The position numbers and the translations under genes were made by a program. A DNA stretch of 64,000 nt from Candidatus Omnitrophota bacterium (GTDB lineage Bacteria > Omnitrophota > Gorgyraeia > Zapsychrales > Zapsychraceae): NCBI GenBank assembly GCA_020632515.1, contig JACKFK010000004.1, positions 192,068-256,067 on the forward strand, written 5' to 3'. The notes beneath the pieces were generated by a model that did not search any database, had not been told where the DNA came from, and worked only from the letters and a program-made list of their open reading frames with translations. This document shows, piece by piece, positions 9,566-19,289 of this stretch (the stretch's first letter is position 1; the number at the start of each line of letters is the position of its first letter).

Positions 9566-10842
9566 AAAAAGTTCTTGTCGTTTCGTATCTTTATTATCCT
9601 TCAACGGAAGTAGGCGCGCGCCGGATATATAATTTAAGAAAATTTCTTAAAGATGAAGAAATCGATGTTACAATCTTAACAGTTGATTTCACACGGTACG
9701 CGGAGCTTGATGAAAGCTTAGATTATCACGGAGAAAAGGTTTTTCGGACTCCCAGTTTTGGGCCGGTAAAAGTCACCAAGCGCGTGATGAATGAATCTTT
9801 TGCAGTCGGCTTCACGCGTCGGGCTGCTTACTTATTAAAGCGTTTGTGCAGTCAAATCCTTTTTCCGGATGAATATATCGGGTGGCGTCCTTTTGCGGTT
9901 GCAAAAGGAATTCGTTTGCACAAAGAAGAAAAATTTGATTACGTTTTGGCCACAGGAAGACCGTGGTCTGATTTTATTATTGGAAGGGCTATCGCGCGAA
10001 AATGTAACATTCCGATTATTCTCGATTATCGTGATCCTTGGACAGCTGATGAAAATATCTTTTTCCCTTCGAGTTTTATTAAGAAAATCAGTCATTGGTA
10101 TGAACAGCGTTTGGTCAGATATGTCGATAAGATCATTGTCAATACGGAAGCGGTAAAAGAATTATTCTTAAAACATTTTCGGCATAATCTGGAAGGTAAA
10201 ATTTTTGTTGTTACCAATGGGTATGATCCGCAGACGGCAGAGCGTTTAGAAAAAGCATCTGTTGACCGCGGCGATCATACCGGTCAAGGGATGTGCCGTT
10301 TGATTCATACCGGCTCATTTTTTGAATCTCGCTCCTTGGAAACATTGATTCAAGCCATGCATCAACTGCATGAAGAAAAAATTATTCATCCTGACAACTT
10401 TGAAATTCTCTCTTATGGTCCGCTTTTAGGAAAAGATAAACGTCTTTTACAGCAGCTCAATCTAACAGCCTTTGTTAAAGAACATAGTTTTATTCCGTAT
10501 TTTGATTCTTTGAAAATGTTATGTAAATCATCAATGAATCTGCTGATTGTCGGCAGTGGTCATGGATCAATGATCCCGGCGAAACTATTTGATTATCTAT
10601 TAGCGCGGCGACCTATTTTTTGTGTTGGCCCTGAGGTTTCTGAAGCGGGTAAGATTATTAAAGCCCATGATTATGGATTTTACGCCCGTATCAATGATCC
10701 TAAAGATATTGCTGTTAGATTACGTGATGCGATTAATTTATATCGACAGGGAAAAATGCAAGAACCGTTAACGGTTCCGGATCAGTACAGTATCCGCAAT
10801 CAAGTTCATCGCCTAGCAGTATTATTAAAAGGCGGGTTATAA
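9562..10842 (+). CDS. GT-B fold glycosyltransferase (GT4-like)
   Basis: The N-terminus MKKVLVVSYLYYPSTEVGARR is typical of GT-B enzymes. It has a 4-nt ATGA overlap with the upstream GT2. No clear EX7E motif. Confidence 0.55.
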   Translation: MKKVLVVSYLYYPSTEVGARRIYNLRKFLKDEEIDVTILTVDFTRYAELDESLDYHGEKVFRTPSFGPVKVTKRVMNESFAVGFTRRAAYLLKRLCSQILFPDEYIGWRPFAVAKGIRLHKEEKFDYVLATGRPWSDFIIGRAIARKCNIPIILDYRDPWTADENIFFPSSFIKKISHWYEQRLVRYVDKIIVNTEAVKELFLKHFRHNLEGKIFVVTNGYDPQTAERLEKASVDRGDHTGQGMCRLIHTGSFFESRSLETLIQAMHQLHEEKIIHPDNFEILSYGPLLGKDKRLLQQLNLTAFVKEHSFIPYFDSLKMLCKSSMNLLIVGSGHGSMIPAKLFDYLLARRPIFCVGPEVSEAGKIIKAHDYGFYARINDPKDIAVRLRDAINLYRQGKMQEPLTVPDQYSIRNQVHRLAVLLKGGL

Positions 10843-10860
10843 CGGATAAAAAGGTTTATT

Positions 10861-12012
10861 ATGGCGGAGAAAATTAAAGTATTACATTTGATAAATTCAC
10901 TGAAACTCGGCGGGGCAGAGGTAAATTTAATAAATATCATCGAGGCGAGTGACTTAGATCAATTTGACGTTCATGTCGGGTTCGCTGAAACAGGACCATT
11001 ACAAGCCCGCTTTGAACATTGTCCTATTGCTCTTTTTCAGTTTGTTCAAAGAGCGCATAAAGTGAAAAGTTTGCGGTCATTGCTGACAATACTAACGATC
11101 GCTAACTATATTCGTCAAAATAAAATTGATGTGATTCATACGCATTCATTCAGTACCCAAGCTTGGGGCGCGCTGGCTGGAAAATTAACTGGAGCTAAAG
11201 TTTTGGAACACGTCCACGACGGGCGTTACGCGGATCCTGTTTTTCTGCGCAGCCGGGGCGCGAATCCGGATCAATTTAAATTAGCCAAACAGTTAAACCG
11301 TTTTTCTGACAAGGTTCTTGTGCTGACGAAAACAAATGAAGATTACATGCGAGAAAAGCATCTATGCGCGATGAACAAAGTTGAACGGTTGTTAAATGGC
11401 ATTCCGCTATCACAAAATGGAATCCGTAAGGCTGAAGATATTTTTGTTCGCTATCCACAGCTGCGGGAGCGGAAGATTGTTTTTATGGCCGCGCGCTTGG
11501 CCGAAGGAAAAAATCTGGAAATGATTTTTGAGCTGGCTGCTCAATTAAAGGATGATTATCCGGAAATTTTGTTTCTTGTCGCCGGTGACGGCCCTTTAAT
11601 GGAAAAGCTTAAAATTGAGAGCAAGCAAAAAGATTTAGAAAAGCATATTTTATTTATTGGTTTTTATACGCCTGTAAAGGAATTGCTTAATATTAGTGAT
11701 ATTGTGATTCATCCATCGCTGATGGAACTTCATTCGATTACAGTGATTGAAGCTTTAAGCATGGAAAAGCCGGTGTTGGTTTCGCAGCATGTTGGCTGTC
11801 ATGATGAATGGTTTACTCATCGACAAAATGCTTTTTTGTTAGATCCGTATCAACCGCAACAATGGTCTGTGGTGATCCGTGAATTATTCGAGGATGATTT
11901 CTTAAGTAAAGAAATTTCCAAGAAGGGGCGATTATTAGCGGAACAAACATGTGATATTAAAAAAGTAGTAAATCGGATTCAAAATTTATATAAAGAATTA
12001 ACCATAAAGTAA
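10861..12012 (+). CDS. family 4 glycosyltransferase
   Basis: KVLHLINSLKLGGAEVNL N-terminus and an EX7E motif (ELHSITVIE). Confidence 0.85.
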   Translation: MAEKIKVLHLINSLKLGGAEVNLINIIEASDLDQFDVHVGFAETGPLQARFEHCPIALFQFVQRAHKVKSLRSLLTILTIANYIRQNKIDVIHTHSFSTQAWGALAGKLTGAKVLEHVHDGRYADPVFLRSRGANPDQFKLAKQLNRFSDKVLVLTKTNEDYMREKHLCAMNKVERLLNGIPLSQNGIRKAEDIFVRYPQLRERKIVFMAARLAEGKNLEMIFELAAQLKDDYPEILFLVAGDGPLMEKLKIESKQKDLEKHILFIGFYTPVKELLNISDIVIHPSLMELHSITVIEALSMEKPVLVSQHVGCHDEWFTHRQNAFLLDPYQPQQWSVVIRELFEDDFLSKEISKKGRLLAEQTCDIKKVVNRIQNLYKELTIK

Positions 12013-12024
12013 GGAATAGATAAA

Positions 12025-14103
12025 ATGAAAAAAATTAAATGCCTATTAAGTGTCGTTTTTTTATTTGCCGCCATTCAAACTGGACACGCGCAAGTTTCGC
12101 ATAATGAATGGCGCTTTGCCGGTTGGATGGGTGGAGGAGCTTATCCGGCAATCGTGCCTGATCCAAGCGTGGAAGGTCGACTTTATCTTTCGTCAGACGT
12201 TGCCGGGATCTGGCGCAGCGATAATAGAGGAGAGAATTGGTATTTTATTAATGCCGGGCTTTCCAACCTCAATATCCCGTTATTAGCCGTAGCCCCTTCA
12301 GATTCTAATGTGCTTTACGCTGGATCCGTGACTGGATTAATGCGTTCTGATAACGCTGGACGAAGCTGGCGTTTATTAGATGTTACCGCGGGTAAGATTA
12401 CCTTTAGCAAGGAACAAAATAATCACGCGATATGGGTTGATGAAGTCGATCCGAAGAAAGTTTATGTTGGAACAAAAACCGGCCAGATATTTTTTACCCG
12501 TAACGGCGGATTTGAATGGCAAAGCATGGGGCGAGATTTTTATCCATTTGGCCAAAATATTCCGATAACAAGTTTGCAACTTAATCAGGACGGTACAAAA
12601 CTTTTTGTTTCCTCGAGTATCGGGCTAAAACGTTTTGATGTGAGCGAAGGTAGCTGGGAAAATATTTTTAAAACACCTGTTAAAGTGCAAGATATGAAAC
12701 TGGTGCAAAATACGCAGACGCTTTACATTGTGGCCGAGAATAAAATTGGAATCAGCAACGATTACGGCGCGACATGGACCTATTCAAATACGATTCCCAA
12801 GGGGGAAATTACCCATATCGATGTGAATCGTTCAGTTGACGGTCAAATTAAAATTTCTGCGGCCTGGCGTAATGGTTGGGAAGGCGGAGTTCTTTTAAGT
12901 GAAGATAATGGTAGCAGCTGGCAGAATGTGGAACATAATCTTCACCATGATGAAGTCGGTAATCCAAGCCGGACTTGGATGAAAGGATTTTCCCGCCCGA
13001 ACGATTTAGTCTGGGACCCATTTAATCCAGACATATTATATTTTACTGATACGTGGGGAGTGTGGCGGTCCAATGATAATGGCCAGTCCTGGTATGAAAA
13101 AATTAACGGCGCACCTAACGCGTCGGGATCGGATATCAAGATATCCAAAGACGGCATTATTTATGTTGCGACAATGGATCAGGGAATATTAAAATCTTCG
13201 GATGGCGGTCTGTTTTATGAAGCGTTTGTACCCAATGCGAAGTTATTCAATGGTATTGCCGGACATTTTTGGCGGATTATTCTCGACGATGAATCGCAGA
13301 ATATTCTAACAACCGTATCGCCATGGAGCAAAGATCGTAGTGAAGTCATGATCTGTCAATATAAGGAAGTTTCTTGCCGGATTATTACCGCAGGGCTTCC
13401 TCCACAATACCCGCAGGAAAATACCATGTGGACCAAAGGGTATCCGCGCGCGTTAGCGATTGATCCAAAAAATCGGGAACGAATTTATTTAGGGATTGAC
13501 GGAGATGATGGCGGTGGTTTGTTTAAATCAGAAGACGGCGGTACTACTTGGTCAAAGTCTGTTGGCCAGCCAGGTTCTTTACGGATTTACAACGGTTTAG
13601 TTATTGATCCCATGAAGCCAAAAATTATTTATTGGGCCGCGTTTGGTGAAAACGGTGGTATTTATCAGAGTGATGATTACGGAGTAACCTGGAAAAATGT
13701 TTTTAATGACAGCACAATGATTTTTGACTTAGCAGTTTCTTCTCGGGGAGATGTTTACGCGGCGACAGCCGGATCGCAAATATATGTTACCAATAATAAG
13801 GGAAAGAATTGGCGTTTATTAAATAAATTTGACAGCGGTAGCGCTTGTGAAGCTGTAACAATCGATCCGAATAATGAAGAACGTATTTTTGTGGGAACTG
13901 TCAGCTGGAATGAAAACAGCGATGGACACATTTATTTTACTGATGACGGGGGAAAAACTTGGCAGGATATTTCCCACGGGCTGCCCCGTTCGCAAGGGCC
14001 GGCGGCTATGGCGGTAAATCCGAAAGAAAACACGTTGTACGTTTTACTTTACAGCGGCTCTGTTTATAAACGTAATATTGCTTCTTTGGAGAAGGTCAAA
14101 TGA
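12025..14103 (+). CDS. secreted BNR/Asp-box repeat beta-propeller protein (sialidase/GH74-like fold)
   Basis: Signal peptide, then about ten SxDxGxxW Asp-boxes: SDNRGENW, SDNAGRSW, SNDYGATW, SEDNGSSW, SNDNGQSW, SEDGGTTW, SDDYGVTW, TNNKGKNW, TDDGGKTW. Confidence 0.75.
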   Translation: MKKIKCLLSVVFLFAAIQTGHAQVSHNEWRFAGWMGGGAYPAIVPDPSVEGRLYLSSDVAGIWRSDNRGENWYFINAGLSNLNIPLLAVAPSDSNVLYAGSVTGLMRSDNAGRSWRLLDVTAGKITFSKEQNNHAIWVDEVDPKKVYVGTKTGQIFFTRNGGFEWQSMGRDFYPFGQNIPITSLQLNQDGTKLFVSSSIGLKRFDVSEGSWENIFKTPVKVQDMKLVQNTQTLYIVAENKIGISNDYGATWTYSNTIPKGEITHIDVNRSVDGQIKISAAWRNGWEGGVLLSEDNGSSWQNVEHNLHHDEVGNPSRTWMKGFSRPNDLVWDPFNPDILYFTDTWGVWRSNDNGQSWYEKINGAPNASGSDIKISKDGIIYVATMDQGILKSSDGGLFYEAFVPNAKLFNGIAGHFWRIILDDESQNILTTVSPWSKDRSEVMICQYKEVSCRIITAGLPPQYPQENTMWTKGYPRALAIDPKNRERIYLGIDGDDGGGLFKSEDGGTTWSKSVGQPGSLRIYNGLVIDPMKPKIIYWAAFGENGGIYQSDDYGVTWKNVFNDSTMIFDLAVSSRGDVYAATAGSQIYVTNNKGKNWRLLNKFDSGSACEAVTIDPNNEERIFVGTVSWNENSDGHIYFTDDGGKTWQDISHGLPRSQGPAAMAVNPKENTLYVLLYSGSVYKRNIASLEKVK

Positions 14104-15476
14104 AAGGGAATCTTTGGTTAAACGTCTTAGCTGGAATTTTAGCCAGTGTCATATTCGCGGTATTATTATCGTCCGGATTGCCGCTGCAGTATGCCTTTGG
14201 TTTTCTCCTGGGGCTTTTAATTATTTTTATTTTTGCCGGAAATTCCCTTTATTTTCTGTTTGGGTTATTTTTGTTTCGTCCAGCTATTGATGAATTTTTG
14301 GTATCTATCCGGATTGCTTTAGGGGGAATGGATTTAGGGATGGGAGGGATTCTTTCTTTATTCCTTTGTACCAGTGTTATTTTTACGTTTTTATTTAATC
14401 CGCGTTACATTAAACGCCTGCATCATCCAGTGATTTATTTGTATCTGATTTTTGTCCTTATTGAAGTTTTCACCTTTTTTAATTCACCGGATCCTTCATC
14501 AGGGGTTAAAGCGTTATTAAAATATTTTTCAATTATGTCGGTAATGGTTTTGATTATTTTAAACATCCGCCGGGAAAAAGACGCGTATTTGATCTTACGC
14601 GCTTTTATTTATTCCGCTATTATCCCGGTTCTTATCGGCTATGTTAATTTGGCGATTGATGGCGCCGCGAGATTTCAAGGCAGTTTTGATCACCCTAATA
14701 TTCTAGCTTCCTTTGTTGTTTTAATTTTAGGCTGTTTGATTGTTCAGCTGGATCAGCCAAATCGTTTTAAGAAATTTTCCATTGGCCGGATTATTTATAT
14801 CATTTTTTTAATCGTGCCATTGGTGCTGACGCAAACCCGCAGTGCCTGGGGGGCGATATTGCTTTTTGCGGTTATTTACGCTGTTTTTTATAATCGCAGC
14901 TGGATATTACCTTCATTAATAATTTTTTGTATCGTTGGGTTAACGCCATTTGTGCAGCAGCGGGTTTTAGATACCATTGGTTCGTATGGAGAATCTACAA
15001 CAGTGGATGAAGAAAGCTCTTTAGGCTGGCGTTTGGAACAATGGAAGGATTTATATGCTAAGGCGTTGAAAAGACCGCTAACGGGGTATGGATTATACGC
15101 AGATATTCGTCTTTCTGAGGAAGAACATGCCGCGCATAACGATTATCTCAAATTTTTCATCGAGTCTGGAGTTTTTGGCGTGCTCAGTTATTTTTCCTGT
15201 TTTTTCTATTTGCTTTTTTCCGCTTTTAAATATCAACATGAGCGTTACTCCAACCTTACCCGGAAAGTTTCCATTTTCTTTATTTGTTATATTCCTTCGT
15301 TTCTTATTGTCAGCTATGTGGAAAATATGGCCAGTTACATCGTGATTCATTGGTATTTGTGGGGGATGATGGCGGTATTGATTTCTGCTCAAGCCTTAGA
15401 ACGTGAACAAAAGATTCTGGAGCTTCGTCGCGCCCGTCTTGATTCAACAGAGGACGACGATGAGGAAGACGATTAA
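14100..15476 (+). CDS. wzy: O-antigen polymerase/ligase-family membrane protein (Wzy-like)
   Basis: About 10-12 TM helices. Wzy_C-like loop LTQTRSAWGAILLF...HNDYLKFFIESG. Acidic tail STEDDDEEDD. Confidence 0.7.
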   Translation: MKGNLWLNVLAGILASVIFAVLLSSGLPLQYAFGFLLGLLIIFIFAGNSLYFLFGLFLFRPAIDEFLVSIRIALGGMDLGMGGILSLFLCTSVIFTFLFNPRYIKRLHHPVIYLYLIFVLIEVFTFFNSPDPSSGVKALLKYFSIMSVMVLIILNIRREKDAYLILRAFIYSAIIPVLIGYVNLAIDGAARFQGSFDHPNILASFVVLILGCLIVQLDQPNRFKKFSIGRIIYIIFLIVPLVLTQTRSAWGAILLFAVIYAVFYNRSWILPSLIIFCIVGLTPFVQQRVLDTIGSYGESTTVDEESSLGWRLEQWKDLYAKALKRPLTGYGLYADIRLSEEEHAAHNDYLKFFIESGVFGVLSYFSCFFYLLFSAFKYQHERYSNLTRKVSIFFICYIPSFLIVSYVENMASYIVIHWYLWGMMAVLISAQALEREQKILELRRARLDSTEDDDEEDD

Positions 15477-15479
15477 ACT

Positions 15480-16811
15480 ATGAGTATGTTAAAGGATTAT
15501 TTTAAGAATAAATTACGAACAGGAAAGCTTTTTAAATCTTTGCTAAAGGAATTACAATTATCAGAGAATTTTTCAAAGCAGGAAATGCGAAATTTTCATA
15601 ATGAAAAGTTACAGAAAATTATGAAAATAGCATTTACTAATATACCGTATTATCAACAAGTGATGAAAAGTAGAAATTTAACTTTTCAAGATATAAAAAA
15701 CGTTGATGATTTGAAAAGATTACCTTTAATTGACAAAACTATTGTTCGAGAGAATTTCCAAGAATTTAGAAATACTCAACATAAAGGACCAATATTTAAG
15801 GGCTTATCGAGTGGAACAACTGGAAGGTCAGGGGTGTATCTTCGTGACATTCGTTCAATTAATTTTGAAAATGCAGTTTTATGGCGTCTTTATCAGAAAG
15901 TTGGAAAAAAAGTAAACAGTCGGAGGGTAACATTACGTGGAGAATTACCATGTTCGATTGATCAAAAAGAGCCGCCTTTCTGGAGGGTAAATCGTTTTTC
16001 AAAAGAATTAATTATGTCGTCTTTTCATCTTAATGATACAAATATGTCTGCTTATGTGGATGAGATAAATAAATATAGACCATATGATTTGCATGCCTAT
16101 CCAGCAAGTGCATATCTTTTAGCTGAATATTGTTTAAGAATGAATAAAAATATAAATTTTGAAATTATTTTTACTTCTTCTGAAACCCTCATGCCTCAAC
16201 AGAAAGAAACAATAGAAAAGGCATTTAATGGAAAAGTTTGTGATATTTACGGGCAGGCTGAACGTGTTGCTATGATAATTCATAATGAATTTGGGGATTA
16301 TAATATTATTGAAGATTATTCTATAGTTGAATTACTGCCAATTGAAGATGGACGTTATGAAGTTATAGGAACAACTCTTAATAATTATTTGATGCCGCTG
16401 ATTCGATATCGTACAGGCGATATTGTTGAAATGAATTCCAAGGAATATGATGATAAATATGTTTCTTTTCGTTCTGTGAAACAAGTAATGGGGCGATTTG
16501 ATACTCACCTAAAAACACCGGATGGACGTAAATTTGGAGCAGCGGCGCTTAGTATGATTCCCAAAGGGGTTGATAATATCATTGAATCACAATTTGTACA
16601 AAAACAATTAGGGGAAGTAATTCTCCGTATAGTATGTACAAAAGATTTTTCGGATAAAGATGAATTGAAATTGAAGAATAATATTAACAAATATCTTTCT
16701 AAAGAAATTCGGGTATTTATTGAAAAAGTTAAATCAATTCCAAGAACAAAAGCAGGAAAATTCTTGTTAGTGGTTGATAAATCTAATCAGGATTTGAAAA
16801 GTGATGAGTAG
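15480..16811 (+). CDS. CapK/PaaK-like adenylate-forming enzyme (phenylacetate-CoA-ligase family), copy 1
   Basis: AMP-binding core SSGTTGRSG. Overall layout matches COG1541 capsule CapK / F390-synthetase-like proteins. Confidence 0.75.
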   Translation: MSMLKDYFKNKLRTGKLFKSLLKELQLSENFSKQEMRNFHNEKLQKIMKIAFTNIPYYQQVMKSRNLTFQDIKNVDDLKRLPLIDKTIVRENFQEFRNTQHKGPIFKGLSSGTTGRSGVYLRDIRSINFENAVLWRLYQKVGKKVNSRRVTLRGELPCSIDQKEPPFWRVNRFSKELIMSSFHLNDTNMSAYVDEINKYRPYDLHAYPASAYLLAEYCLRMNKNINFEIIFTSSETLMPQQKETIEKAFNGKVCDIYGQAERVAMIIHNEFGDYNIIEDYSIVELLPIEDGRYEVIGTTLNNYLMPLIRYRTGDIVEMNSKEYDDKYVSFRSVKQVMGRFDTHLKTPDGRKFGAAALSMIPKGVDNIIESQFVQKQLGEVILRIVCTKDFSDKDELKLKNNINKYLSKEIRVFIEKVKSIPRTKAGKFLLVVDKSNQDLKSDE

Positions 16812-18015
16812 TGGTGAAAATATAAAGATTTTCAAGGACGAAAGTATTTTATGTTTTGCCGGCGAAGATTGGTGGTACCACAATCCACATTCCAATCTGC
16901 ATATCATGAAGTCGATGGCCAAACATAACAAAGTGCTATTTATTAATTCCATCGGAATTCGTATGCCCAGCGCTAAAACCGATTCGCATCTTGGGCAGCG
17001 CATTGCCCGTAAATTACGCAGTATGCTTAAATATTTAAGAAAAGTTGATACGTCGCTTTGGGTTTTTACACCAATTGCCTTACCGATTATCGCGCGCTTT
17101 GAAAAAGTCATTTTTGCTGTGAATAAAGTTTTATTACTGACACAGCTGCGGGTGATTATGTTTTTTTTAGGATTTAAAAATCCAATTATCTGGGTCAGCT
17201 TACCCACGGTTAAAGATGTGGTGTTAAGTCTTCGTCGGAAAATTGCCAAGAGTTTAGTGTATTACTGCACAGATAATATTTCATTTTTCTCCGGCCAACG
17301 GAATGAAACTATTCATGAGCAGGAAACCGCGATTCATAAGGCGGCGGATGTGGCCTTTTTTGTGAATCATAATTTATTAGAAGAAAAAAAAGGTGTTAAC
17401 CCTAATACGCATTTTCTTAGCCATGGCAGTGATTATGAACATTTTGAAAAAGTCAGAACAGAAAAGTTTCCAATGCCAGAAGATTTAAAGAATATCCCTC
17501 AACCTATTTTAGGTTATACCGGTGTTATAAGTCGTTCGGTGGATGCGGATTTAATTGAGTACTTAGCGCAGAGAAACCCTTCCTGGTCTTTTGTTTTTGT
17601 TGGAGGAATTCAGAAAGATATAGAGAAATTAGAAAAAATGCCTAATATTTATTTTCTTGGTAAGAAACCGTATGAAGAACTTCCAGCATACTTACAGTAC
17701 ATGGATGTTTGCTGTATGTATTATTTAACCAACAATATCTGGATCCAAAGTTGTAATCCTAAAAAAACATTGGAATATTTAGCCACGGGAAAACCTTTTG
17801 TTTGCGTTGATTTTCCAGAAATTCATTATTTTAAAGATTGTGTTTATATCGCCAAAAATAAGGAAGAATTTGAAACGTGTTTAAAAACGGCTTTGCATGA
17901 AAAATCCACTGAGAAAACAAATGCCCGGATCAAGGTAGCACAGGAGCACACCTGGGATCATATCGCGCAAAGAGCCGGTGCATTGATTCAAGCCGCGATA
18001 AATAAAAGAAATTAA
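16804..18015 (+). CDS. GT-B fold glycosyltransferase (TuaH-like)
   Basis: ILGYTGVISRSVDADLIEYLAQRNPSWSFVFVGG...NIYFLGKKPYEELPAYL...LEYLATGKPFV. The ATG at 16804 is preferred over the GTG at 16801. It overlaps the capK-like stop. Confidence 0.55.
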   Translation: MSSGENIKIFKDESILCFAGEDWWYHNPHSNLHIMKSMAKHNKVLFINSIGIRMPSAKTDSHLGQRIARKLRSMLKYLRKVDTSLWVFTPIALPIIARFEKVIFAVNKVLLLTQLRVIMFFLGFKNPIIWVSLPTVKDVVLSLRRKIAKSLVYYCTDNISFFSGQRNETIHEQETAIHKAADVAFFVNHNLLEEKKGVNPNTHFLSHGSDYEHFEKVRTEKFPMPEDLKNIPQPILGYTGVISRSVDADLIEYLAQRNPSWSFVFVGGIQKDIEKLEKMPNIYFLGKKPYEELPAYLQYMDVCCMYYLTNNIWIQSCNPKKTLEYLATGKPFVCVDFPEIHYFKDCVYIAKNKEEFETCLKTALHEKSTEKTNARIKVAQEHTWDHIAQRAGALIQAAINKRN

Positions 18016-18029
18016 AGGAAGTATTTGCT

Positions 18030-19244
18030 ATGGCAGAAACGGATAAAATTGTTCCTCAAGGTGTGATGACTGTTCGCGACGAGGCCTTAGGATTATTAGG
18101 ATATGTTGTGGTAGACCGGACGATTAATGGTCATGCCTGCGGTGGGTTGCGCATTCATAAAGACCTATCCATTGATGAATTAAAGGCGTTAGCCAGGGGA
18201 ATGACATTAAAATATGGATTTTGCAGAATGGATCAAGGCGGCGCCAAAGCAGGAATTGTCCTTAATATGGATGCCCCGCAAGAAACCAAACAACGTTTTT
18301 TACGTCGATTCGCTGAATTAATTGAACCATTACTTAAAAGCGGGTATTACATTACCGGACCAGACATGGGTACTGAACAAAAAGATATTCTCGATATGCT
18401 TAAGCATATTGATATGAAGATTCCAAAGATGCGTCGTGATAGCGGACAAAAATCAGGGTTTTATACGGCTCTTAGTGTGATGGTCGCGGCTGAAGCCTGT
18501 GTAGAATATAAAAAAATGTCTTGGAATGGATTAAAAGTAGCCATTGAAGGATTCGGAGCTGTCGGTAGTTCATTGGCGCTGCTGTTAACCCGGCGGAAAA
18601 AAGCAAAAATTGTGGCGATTTCAACGTCGGCTGGCGCAATTTATGATGAAAATGGTTTGGATGTTGAGAAATTGCGGGATCTCTTAAAAACTAAAGGTAG
18701 TAAATTAGTCGATTTTTATGAAGGTGCGCGTAAAATTCAACAGGAAGAAGTGCTAACTTTGGATGTAGATATTCTGGCGCAGTGCGCGAAACAGTACACG
18801 ATTAATGAAAATAATGCCCACGCGATTAAGGCCTCCATTATTACTCCGGGCGCCAATAATCCGATTACGGTTAAAGCCGAAGAAATTCTGACGAAAAGGG
18901 GAGTTTTGTGTATCCCTTATTTTTGCGCGAATTGCGGCGGGGTTATGGGCAATAAAATGGAAGTGACAGGGGTTTCTGAAGATGTTATCGAAGATGTTAT
19001 CAGATTGAAAAATAAAAAGAAAATTTTTCGGTTAATCGAAATCGCCCGCAAAGAAAATCAAACCTTAACGTGGATCGCTGAAGGAGAAGCGTTGGATTTA
19101 TTTAATAAAATGAAAATTAAAGTTAATAAACGGCATTTAAAATATCGGTTGTACCGGATGGCGGTTAACGCTTTTAATCAAGGGGTTGTCCCAAAATTTC
19201 TACTAAAAAAAATCGCTCCAATGTATTTGCGCAAAATATTTTAA
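18030..19244 (+). CDS. Glu/Leu/Phe/Val (ELFV)-family amino-acid dehydrogenase
   Basis: GGLRIH, then KYGFCRMDQGGAKAGI (catalytic Lys box). NAD Rossmann motif EGFGAVGS. Confidence 0.75.
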   Translation: MAETDKIVPQGVMTVRDEALGLLGYVVVDRTINGHACGGLRIHKDLSIDELKALARGMTLKYGFCRMDQGGAKAGIVLNMDAPQETKQRFLRRFAELIEPLLKSGYYITGPDMGTEQKDILDMLKHIDMKIPKMRRDSGQKSGFYTALSVMVAAEACVEYKKMSWNGLKVAIEGFGAVGSSLALLLTRRKKAKIVAISTSAGAIYDENGLDVEKLRDLLKTKGSKLVDFYEGARKIQQEEVLTLDVDILAQCAKQYTINENNAHAIKASIITPGANNPITVKAEEILTKRGVLCIPYFCANCGGVMGNKMEVTGVSEDVIEDVIRLKNKKKIFRLIEIARKENQTLTWIAEGEALDLFNKMKIKVNKRHLKYRLYRMAVNAFNQGVVPKFLLKKIAPMYLRKIF

Positions 19245-19289
19245 ATCATATGAAGGATAAAATTATTATTAGAATGAGAGAGATGAGAG

